Source: Eutreptiella sp. 'Long Island Sound 2002'
Taxonomy: Eukaryota > Protista > Euglenida
NCBI GenBank assembly: GCA_964036045.1
Contig: OZ038378.1
Coordinates: forward strand, 169,632,001 to 169,696,000
Direction of reading: 5' to 3'
Length of the DNA: 64,000 nt
The position numbers and the translations under genes are program-made. Positions within the stretch are counted from its first letter, which is position 1. Each line of letters starts with the position of its first letter. Under the pieces are notes generated by a model that was not told the origin of the DNA, searched no databases, and was given only the letters and a program-made list of their open reading frames with translations. Below, one piece after another: positions 10,201-21,500 of this stretch.

Positions 10201-13200
10201 CTTGGTCCCACCAAGTTTGCGGGCGAGCATCCGTTGTCACGACGGCCCTGTATGATGGGGATTGTTTCAACAAGTACAACATGTTGTACAACGCAGCTCG
10301 CTCCTTCAAGGGCCCATATCCACCGTACTTCATGTACAACTCCTCAGCGCAGCTGGAATCCATGCCCATGTGGCTCACCTGATATTGCCGTGTTTTGTAC
10401 TTCCCGCACATGGCGTCCCACTCAGCGATGCCCTCGGCCTTCGGTCTCAAAGGGTGCATGCGCGTCCCTGAAATTGTGTCCAAGTACTCATCCAGATGGC
10501 CAATCAACTCGTCAGTGGGCATACAGGCTCGCAGGGCACCAAGCATTTGCGCCTCCGTAGCTCCTTCAATCGGACGCAAGAAGGGTTTGCGGTCGACATC
10601 CCAGCCAATATCACGCAAAGCATCCATCAGATCGGGTGGCACACAAGAAGTGGAGCCGAGGACCTCAGTGAGTTGGGCTGTCCGCAATGCGAGGCTGGTG
10701 TGCACAAGTATTTCAAGCAGTTGTCCGGCAAGGCTTTGCGAAGGCTGGGCCCCCTGCCCACTGCTGGCACACCAGGAATTTTTAATTTTTAGTCTGATGC
10801 GTGCCATAGGTGCCAGGGTCCCAATTTCTGCACCCCCTGCCCCCTGCTCGCATACCTGAGCAATTGCTGGAGCCACTTTGCTGCCTCCTTCGCGCGCATC
10901 TGCACCATGATGACCCTTGTGCCAGCGATAAAGTTCGCGTACACGTTCTGGTAACTTATGCTGCGCCGGATCTTCAGCAGGGCCGTACGACAAGGAATCA
11001 GAATCCAGCCAATAATTGTAATGGCCAATCTTGAACTGCTCATTGAAGGTTCGATGGCCCTTGGAAATGTAAAAGGCTAGAATAGGGGGCGCCGGTGTCC
11101 GTGCAAACGTTGCGTTCAGGGCCTCAACTGCCCTATCCTCCACAGCTTTGCAAGCAGCAATCTGCAAAGGGAAAGCGTAGCGGAAATGCAAGGGAAAATA
11201 AAAAAGCAGAACGTCACCGAACCAGAATTACACACCTGTTTCCGCACATCATAAATATGATGAAGGTTGTTGTCCGACGACTCGCTGCGACGGCGCACAT
11301 ACGCACGACGGTTTTCCTTGCGGAATTTGCCGCTTGCTGACCGCCATCGCCCTCTCAAAATCTCCGCCATTTTTCGAACAATGTCCTTGAAATCCTGGCT
11401 CCCCATGTCCGCAGTGGGCAGCACCTCCCATTTCAGCACCAAGTGTTGGGCACAATCAGTAAATGGGGGACTGACGGTGTTGGCAGCGTCTTGCGCGGGG
11501 GAAATTCCTACAAGAAAACAGTATTTGTGGTAATTTTAGGGACAAAGACGATAGCACATCACATCGCATCACAGAACAACAAAACGCGATAGATGACATC
11601 ACATTACACAGTCAAGAGCACCATAGAACAACACATCACAACACAACAAAGCACCCTATAACACTGCATAGCACAGCAAAACAAAAGACAGTGCAACACA
11701 CCTTTACCGTCCAAAATTTCATGCCAACGTTTGGCCATGTACTCCAGCGCCTCTGCAGCCTGGTCCGCGGACAGATTCAAAGCAACGCAGACGGTGGCGT
11801 TGCGCCTTCTCATTTTCACGGAATGGAGGCATCGAAGAAAATAGAACAAAAGAATGGGGAACACTTTCTGGGATAGAAAACAGTGGAATGAAACAACAAG
11901 CAACGATTACTACTTGGCACACACTACAAATAATGCACACACCCCCGCCCCCTCGCCCTACGTGCGCTTCCGCGGAAAACATTTGTGCCTCTGATTGTGG
12001 CTTGTGGTTTTCCCTACAGGGGAGGGGTTGAGGCACCCGTGGCTATTGTCCACCATCGCGACAGCCATCGCAACCTGGCTTGGCGCCCTATCCCGCAGCC
12101 ACGGCACACGGGCTCACCGGAGGGGGGTTTTGGCATGACGCCATGGTGTGATGATCTCGTCTGCAGCTGGCGGCGCCTACTGGCCGATCGCCATTCGCTG
12201 CCCTTCCCTTGGACCCTTTCCCTCCATAGGCGGTGGTGCCCATCAGCTTCTCACCACCCTTTGACCTTCCTCTTCCTCCTTGCCCTAACCTTCCCTCTCC
12301 CCTCCCCTTTCCCTTCCCTTGGCCTTTCCCTCTGTAGGCCACCGTGCCCATCGGCCTCACCACACTCCTTCCCTTCCCTTTCCCTTGGTCGGTTGTGCCA
12401 ACGGAGCCCCCGGACTTGCCCTGTTTCACTTCTCTGCGTCGAGTCCACGCAGAGGAAGGCAAATGCCTTCGCCGTTGGCCAGGTGCGTCCAAGCGGCCAT
12501 CCCAAGCCGGCGGTGAGGTACCTCTCCCCAACGGCGGCTGGTGGGCCCTGGGATGGCCACTGGCGGGGTCGTTTCCCCGACGGGGGCACATAACAACCTC
12601 ACCGGAGGGGGGGTGCTACAGGGCCGGTGAGGTGCTGAGAAAAAGCACAAGGGGGAATTATGGGAAAAGAGTCAGCCGCACTACCCAAAAGACCGCGCAC
12701 CGCGTGCACCGCGTGCCGTACCTCCCCCATTTGGTTGATTGTACCAAAAATCGGGTGATGAGGTGCCACGACGGGTCGTGCCAGCATGGCAACCCCCAAA
12801 CAACATCAGAACAGGGGGCTCTGCAGCTCACAAGACAGGGAACCACCTTCACCATCTGCTCTGTCGACTTCTGGTTGACTTTGGCCAGCTCCAGCTCCTT
12901 GTTGTACAGCTCCTCCTCAACATGAACCAGGCGGTTGAACTGCTGCTCTTTCGCTTGCAAGATCCCCGACAACCGCGCTGCGTCCAGTGCCCGCTCCTCC
13001 GCCGCCTCCAGCTGTGCCTTGAGTGTCAACACTTGCTCCTGAAGCTGGGGCAGTAATTTAGTTGCATGCCCCTCTTTGACCATCACCTGCCGGATTTCTG
13101 CCGCATACGACTCTTCCTTGCTGACTACCTGTTGCTGGGAAACTACGAGCTGCAGCTGCAGGTCCTCACCACGGGCCTTTAACACTTCGTTGTCTGCCCG

Positions 13201-16200
13201 GCACCCTCGCAGCTGCTCAAGAATGTCCGCGTTCTCTTTCTGCAGCTGCCCAATCAGCCCCAGCTTCTCCCGCAAGTCCGCCTGCGCCTCACGAGCCTCG
13301 CCCGCGAGCTGGTCCACTAGAGTCTGCTTGTTCACCACACCCGCACGTGTCAGGTTGACCTCGTCCTGCAGCTGCTTCATGGCCGCCTCCTTGGTCTCTG
13401 TTGCAGCTTCCTGAAGGGTACAATGCGTGGCAGTGCAAGGCACAGAATGATGTTCAAAATTGCACGACAAAAAATATGAAAAGAGGGGACTTCGTCTGCA
13501 AAGAATTATCGCCGCCGATTCGGCACAGGTCAGCCACAAACCTGAGGCTTCCCTTTCAAATATGATTGATTTAAAATTCCGAATCTGGTGTGTTGGTGCA
13601 GCAGTGAATTGGCTTCAGGTGGGCATGAGACACCCCGAAACAATATGAGCAGAGTCACTGCGCGGCTTCTGATGTGCAAATGATTGGCATGCCGGATTAA
13701 CTGAAATGTGTTATGACCTGGTGGTGCAATACACTCTCACACAGTCGTTGATTTGAAAAGCTGGAACAGGTAAACCGACCCGGGAGGGATTATTCATTTT
13801 GTAGGGATAGTCATTGAGCCCCCGGGCAATGGCTTAGAGGTGTGGGGAATGGATCCTCATCCTCGTAACAGAGCCTCATCTTAAGGACTCCCCAAAACAG
13901 AACTCGAGTGCATGACGAGCACCCCAAACTTGTCAAGCCAGCACCAACTGCCAACAGCCACAGCCGCCTCATATTCAACAACAACAGCCATTGATGAACT
14001 GGCGACTGCCAAAGCTGCGTACCCCAACAAATACAAAGAACGCTCTGGAAAACCCTGGGCACCCTGACCACCACCATTTTTGGTACAGGGACACACATGC
14101 TGAGTTCGTTCCGCGCACCTGCATTGTTGAAGACTGGATGGTGATTCATGCATGGGCTTACAATTCAATGAGCGGGAGGTTGTACATGGAGGAGGGGGTC
14201 AAAGGGGGTGTCAAGCGTCAATGAAAAGCCAAGCACCTGTTGCTGCAGTTTGGCTTGCAGCTGCTGCACAGTGGCGTTGCGCTCCGCCACATCCTCCTGC
14301 AGCGTGCCCAACTCCCTCGCCCTGGCCTGCAGCTCGCTCATCTGCTGCTGTGCCTCCTTCAGTTTGTTAGACGTCAGGCTAAGCTCCTGCTGCAACCCAG
14401 AGGCCAGCGCCTGCAGCTGAGTCTTCCCCTGCTTGAGGGTGAGCATCTCCTCCATTTGCCACCCCGTCTCCTGCCGCACAGCCTCCAACTCCTGCTGCAA
14501 CCGCGAGATCTCCGCAGCACGATGCCCCAGCGACACCTTCGAGTCCTGCAACTCTGCATTTAGCTCTGCAATCTGGTCCGCCTTGTTTGCGTTGGCCTGG
14601 TTGGTCTCCGCTAGGTCCCCTTGCAGACGCTCCACTAATTGATCCTTCTCCAGCATCGCCTGTTGGGACTGTGGCAGAGGACAAAGAGTGGCCGCTGCCA
14701 AGGGGTGCACTGAAGATGAGAGGAGGAGGAGCAGGCCTGTGCCTAGCGACCCAAGGGGGGGGGGGGGGCTTGTTTGGTGCCCTGGCCAGCCCCGGCCGAC
14801 CCACCCACCCACCCACATCAGAAACATTTTCCTCCGGCAAAAACTGAAATTTATCAAAGAGGCCGGTTTCGAGGCTGATTTTAGGTACACAAACTTTTTT
14901 TGGCCTCTGACCCACCCCCCCAAGGGGTGGGGGTGTGCGCCACACTAAGCAATTCCCCCAGTGAACTGGGGACACCCCCGACAGACAGACATACAAACGC
15001 CTGCTCGTCGGAGCCTCGTCCCCTGGCGCCACCCCCAATCTGCCGGAGGTAGAGTGTGGCTGAAGCTGTTATGCTTCATACCCCGACGATGTCAAGAGGA
15101 AAACTGCCAATCTGCGGCGCGCCTAGCACTCAACAGGACCCCGGCTGACCATTAATTGCCGTCCAGTACCTGCCAGCAGGCGCCGTTTGGACGCCAACCG
15201 CTGTCCTGCCACCGGAACACTCCCCAGGATGTCCTGGGTGCGAAACGAAATGTCTCAGGCCCCAGAGAACAGGCGCTGCGGCCCCATCTGCAATTCCCTT
15301 CCTCCAACAGCTTCGTGGTGTGGCTGTTGGTCCCCGCATCATAAAGGGCCTTTCCCAAACTCACTCTCCGGCCAGTGCAATCATCCCCAGTGGGGGATTC
15401 TCCGTCAGGCCTCATTGGGGAAGCGGGTATTGGCAGACACTGAACCTCCAACCGCCCACTCACCACAAACACTTGCTGATGCTCAATATATTCATCAGCA
15501 CAACTCAATGAAGGTTTCGTCGCCGCCTGTACACGACATCAGCAATTCAACGCGCTGCTGTCACTGCGTGCCCCTATTTTGTCCGTATGCTGTTCACCAG
15601 GGGAGCCATATCTGCACGAAGTGGCCCTGGCAGGCAGACTCGGCATGGCACAGGATTAAGTCCAGCGCAGGACAGGGGGGTTGGAGGCTAACAACGGCAG
15701 TTGGGGGGCAAGCAGAAGGTGGTTGGACTTCACGCAGTTTACTTGCAAGAAAAATTCGAGAGCAACCAGCGGACGCAAGCGGGGGGGGCGCAGCAACGAC
15801 CTTCTGCATCTGCCGCCGGAGTTCCTCATCATGCTCCTGCGCCAGAGCCTGCAGCTGCGACTTCAGCGAGTGCTGCTCATCGCCTAACGCGCGGTTCAAT
15901 GCAGCGACCTCAGTCTCCAATGCCAGTACACGCTCTGTGCGGCTCTCGACCACTGCCTCCAGGCGTGCCACTTCCTTCGCGGACTGGGACGCCTGCTCAC
16001 TGAGCGTCATGTGCTGCTGCTGCAGCGTCCCCACGTCCTGCTCCTGCCGCTGCATCGCCAGCGCCTGCTTGGCCAGGGAATCCTGCAGCTCCACACATTC
16101 TGCCTTCTTTTCGACCAGCTCCTCTTTCAGCACCAACAGCTTCGCCAGCTGCTCCTCTTTGCCTTGCAGCACCCCCTGCAGCCGGGACAATTCATAGCCC

Positions 16201-18563
16201 CGTTTCTCCTCCTCCTGCAGCTGGTCCCTCACCTTCACGAGCTGCTGCTGGTGCTCCATCACCACCGCCTTGTGGTCCTCCAACTGCCGCTGCAGCAGAT
16301 CCCTTTCAAGCTCCAGCTGACGGCATGACGCCTCCAAGCGATAGACCTGGGAGTTGGGGGCATGGGACAGGGTGCAGCATCAGTGCCACAGCACAGAGCG
16401 ACGCTGTTCTTCGCGGGGCGGGGGGGGAGGGGGGGTTCTTCTCGTTTACTTCAGCAGAAAACGTGCTACTCGACGGCATTTGTCCGACAGCGGGGCTGAT
16501 TGGCCAACGATGGCGGTCGAGGTTTAGCCCGTGGTGGTCGGTGGGTATCTCTGGGTCAGTTGGTGATGGATCACGCCTGCTGTACCACTGTCGCACTGCA
16601 GCGCTGTGGTACTGGATCATCCCTCCCACCGCTCGACCTGCAGCGTTGCATCAGCAACTCTTGACCCGCCCTTGTTCCGTCACCCGCCTGCAACCACCCC
16701 TGTGCTCGCCCCTCCCGTACATCTCTGCCCGTGTATGGTCCTTGCAAGTGCCCCCAAGGTACTGAGTGGACAGAGCACATACCTCATCCTGGGCTGCCCC
16801 CGCACGGATCTCGGCCCGCCCCATTGCCTCCTCGTTGACGATGGCGCCCCTTCGCGCCTGTTCGATTTGCTGGCACAGCTCCTGCAAATGCACCGATTTG
16901 CTCCGCCCCGCAGCCTCGGCACTCTGTACCGCAGTGGTCAGCCTTGCGATCTGGGCTCGATCACTATTCTGGGCCTGCTCCAGGGACCGTAGCAGCGTAT
17001 CCATCTGCAACAGATCCTCTTCCAGTTTCTGTTGGTGGTCCATGCGCGATGACATGGCATCTAGTTGCCGCTGCTGCTCCTGAAAGCGAGATGGTGAGAT
17101 GGGAACCACAAGCAGCGGGAGGAGGGGGCTGGGGGGGTATGCCAAAAAGGATGCATGGAACGCAGCGCAAAAGGCTGCCTCCTGCCTGATGAGGTACCCC
17201 TTGGCGCTTCGCAAGTGGATCATCAAGGAGGCCAAAAAGGCAGGCAGGTGCAGAATTTCGACTGCTACCCTTTGGCTTGAAGACGCGGCAGCCCATTGTT
17301 GCTGGCCGCTTCCCCGGTCAGCAGTCACACATTGGCTTCTAGTTGCCGCAAGAAGCCCACCGCTTGGCTTACAAGCGTGGCGTTCTTGATGGTCTGCCCG
17401 TCTCCAGGAACTAAGAGCATCCATCTAGGAACAGGCAGGAGATAACAGCATCCATCCAAGAACCTCCAAGAATTAGCAACTCGTCTTCGTGACCCAGGTA
17501 GGTCTCGACGAAGGAAGGCCTGGTCAAGATCTTTGTGAATGGCAAGAAGTCGGTTGACGCTGCCAACTGCTCGGAAAGCAGCAAGATTGCACGGCTTTGT
17601 CCGAAAGCCCATCCGATGGCAATCCTGTTGTCAATCCACATGACTTATGTGCACTGTCCTTTCGAATCCCTCAACAGGCAACCCCTTGGGCTGTCCCCAC
17701 GGCAATGCATCTTGCACCCCATGTGACCCGTGGGCAGCATTACTCCACATTGGACCATACATAAAAAGATTTGGCCCTGCACAGCCCAATGAACGCCAGG
17801 AGGAAGGCAGTTGGAAACTTGCTCCCAGGGTGGGTGGGGGTTCGTATGAGCCCCCCCGGTCACCAGACGGGGGGGGGGGGGGGCTCTTCTGTCAGGGGGC
17901 TATATTTTGGCCCTTTTTAGGCAAAAATATTTTTCAATTTCTTTTCATCAAAAAGGAAGAAAATGACTCGCCTTGACGCGCTGATTCCAAAAATGCCACT
18001 TGTTTGGTTTTTGGTACCCATGTCGGTCACATGCGGGCCCTCTTGACCCGAGATGGCGCGACAGAAGAGCCCCAAAAGGGCTCAAACGACGGCCACCCCC
18101 CTTGGAGCAACCCCCCCCCCTCCCTCCACCACGAAAATGATGGGTCAGGTGTCACAGAAAGCAGCACTGAAAGAAAGATGATCAAAGAGAGGGCTCAGAG
18201 GATCAAGACAGGGAGTTACGGGGAGTGGCTGAAGGATACACATCGGGCAGGAGGAGAACTTGCTTTTGGTTGCCGCTGGCAAAATGTTTGCTTCCCCAGA
18301 TACAGGGGATAAAACTTAAATCATCAGCACACATCACAATTGTCAAATGACGATCCCACGAATGTGCAACGTATGCAGCTTTGCAGTTTATACATGCCAT
18401 CCATCGTCTGCCGATGGCATCCCATGTTCTGCTGCATTGGTGCGTGTGCGTACCTAAACCCTGCTGCACACCAATATTCTGTCTTAGTGCTGGTGGTTGC
18501 CGTCTGCTTCGGAGTAAAAAACCTGCTCTCAGCAGGTTTAGGACTTTCCGCATTACACCATGG

Positions 18564-18596
<33 letters not shown>

Positions 18597-21500
18597 ACTT
18601 CTCAGGGCAAAGAGTAGGCATCCCGAGCAATTCGACATCATTCACCCTCTTTAAAACCACACACCTTTTTTTGCCAAATGTAACCACTTCCCCAATGATT
18701 CTCCGTTGCCTCCCCATGCCAGCCCCTTCCCATTTGCACCTCCAACCTCCCAAACCCCACGCCTCAACTTCCCATCTGCACCCACCAAACACCCAATGCC
18801 CATGTCCTATCTCCCATCCACACATTATCTGACATCAGACAATGCGGGACCTAAGAAGCACAGTGGCCAGGAACTCTGTAAACACAGGGTCTCCTGCAGC
18901 ACACCTCGATGGTCTGCTGGGCTCCATCAAGTTCAGCCTCCTTGGTCTTCTGCGTGTACTCCAAATCAGCAATGCGGACAGAAAGCTGTGTCACTTTCAC
19001 CAACGCTGCCTCTGCTGCACTGTGGTGCTGCTTGCTCTCAGTGGCCAACTGCTGGCGCTCACGCTCGGCGGATTCCTCAGTGCTCTGCTGGTGGGCGTGA
19101 GCCAACGCCAGCTCCTCCGTCAGCTGCTGAACTTTCTGCTCAGAACCCTCCAACACCGCTGTCAACTCCTGCGTCTCCTTCTGCTTCTGTACAAGCGTGG
19201 TATTGGTAGTTTCCAGTTGCACCTGCACATTGGCCAACGCATCCTTCTGCTGCTGTGCGTCCACCCGAGCTTCCTCCAGCTGAGCCTCTGCCTTGCGGGT
19301 TTCATCGGCCAAGCGTTCATTGAAGGCCTGGGGGCAGCGGTGCAATGTGCAAGTTTGTGCTATGCTGGTGGTGTGTTGCAGAGGGGGAATGCCATAACAC
19401 AAAGTTGGGGTGTTGGTTACGGGGGGGGGAGGGGGGGATACTGGTGCCAAAGTAATTTGGGGGCTAAGGCGTAACAAATCAAAGACGCTGCATGAAACCA
19501 GTATGCTCTGTTGTATCTAGAGAGATCAAATGAGAGGAGGACATGTAGTCCACACAAAACCATCCAGTCTCTCAAGGAAACCTCTGGAAATGTGCACTGA
19601 GGGTGCGCTGACGTGCACTGTGGGATTTCTTCCTGAGGCTCTCAGGCCCCCTTGAGATGGATTTTGTGCCGATTTGATGCAGCAACAGACGGGACAACGG
19701 ACGGGTTTGTTTCAGTCAGGCGAAGCCCTGGATCACACGCTGGGCTCCACACTGTCGCCCCTGTGACATATGGCTTATTGGGCCTGATGTCACTGAGAAG
19801 CATTATTCGTGCACTACGCTCTCAGGAACACTGCCATCATGAGGGCGCTGCCAGGGCTACTCTTGTAACACTGTAACGTGCACATACCCTACGGGAAATT
19901 GTCGCTCTGCCATTGCCCCCCATCCCCCCACGGCTTTACCCTCCCCACAACCACAGCACACAGACCAACCTCCCCCAGGTGGAAGCACACCCTTGGCCCC
20001 CGGACCATGGTTGTAACGACCGGGCACTCCCTGGCCCTACGCCCTGGGCGGGCTTCTGAGGTCCCTCCCGCGCGGGATGAGCGGCCCTGCCCTCAGACTG
20101 CAACGCCGAGCCAACACCAGCCCATACACGCCCCTCTTATCCACACCAATCCAATTCACCCACAACCCAACGGGCGGTAAACCCCGCCTCGCCACCTAGG
20201 CCTCACAGCAGGGCCTTGGGAGGACAAACACTGTAATAGGCCCCATCGCGGGGCTGTGGTAGGACTTACACCCACTGCAACGCACTACCTAGGCCCCAGT
20301 GCAGGCACAGGGTCTTGGTAGAACAAACACACATGGCAAAGCACTGCCCGGGCCCCACCGCAGGGCCTTGGTAGGAGAAACACCCACTGCACACTGCATG
20401 AGCGATGAAACCCTCAAACAACTGACAAAATGCCTGAGCATGCTGTGCACCACTTTGGTGATCCAGAACTCCTGGCCCTGTGTTACATTCCCATTACATA
20501 TCCACATCAGTGGTGGCAAGCACCCTCCAAACTCCGCGGTCTTGGGAAACGCTTTGTGTGGAGCATGCCGGCGCCGGCATGGGCCACAGGAAATGTGGCG
20601 GGGGATGTTCCAGCGGTTGTAGCCGGGTGTCCGGTGCTTTGTCTTGGGTGTGACCTGTTTGTGTTGACCAATGTTGTTCGTGTTCATCAGCGGTGGCTTT
20701 GCAGGTCAGAGTGTAATGCCTGTTCCGTTCACAATTGCATCATACCGCTGGCGCAGTCAGGAGCTTCACACCCAACAGCAGTGGGTGCTCTCCACCACAG
20801 ATGATGTGGGACACGGCGAGGGGGTCTGGACCACCAAATGTGACCCATAAATGGTGCACTGCATTTCCAGGCATCATGCCGATGGTGGGGTATGTGCCAT
20901 AAAGGCTGAACAAGGATGCCGTTAGTACTTCCTGGGTGTACGTATGTGGTTGCCTTTTGAGGAGGGAATCCTGCACTTGTGGATAGATGGGTCGGGTGCC
21001 CACCCATTGGGTCGGGGGTGAAGAGGGTGGGAGAGCAGACTGCGAGAGCAGCCTGCTTGGCTGTCCCTAACAGCTGGGGAATTTTGATTTTACTGGGCGA
21101 GAGTGGGACACTTGTCCCATTACTCACAAAGGCTGCTTCTGCCCCTTGGCATCCCTCATCCGTGTTCCAGAAACTCCGTTCAATGGAGGCTCGTCTCTGC
21201 TGCTATTTATCAAAAAGTAGCCCCCCCGACTGGCTGTGGGCTGCCAATCAGCGCCGATAATGGAGTACCCCAAACTATCAACACCAGACCCAATTCCTTT
21301 TGACCTGGAGCACCGTTTCCACTGTGCTGACCCTGGGCCAGAAACAGTGCAGGTAGACGTCTAAGAACGATGGATAGTAAAGTGGCAATTCTTGTGTGCA
21401 CTGCACACCGAGGGTCCGGTACCACAAGGAACCGGGAGAGACTGTTAGACGCCTTGTGTGTTGACTGGAAGTGACTGTAATCTATTTGGAACTGTAATCT

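Noticed and set aside
11162-11191. ORF-track start MHFRYAFPLQ for the transposase
   Set aside because: Lies in a pyrimidine-rich acceptor (tttccctttgcag); upstream exons splice in frame
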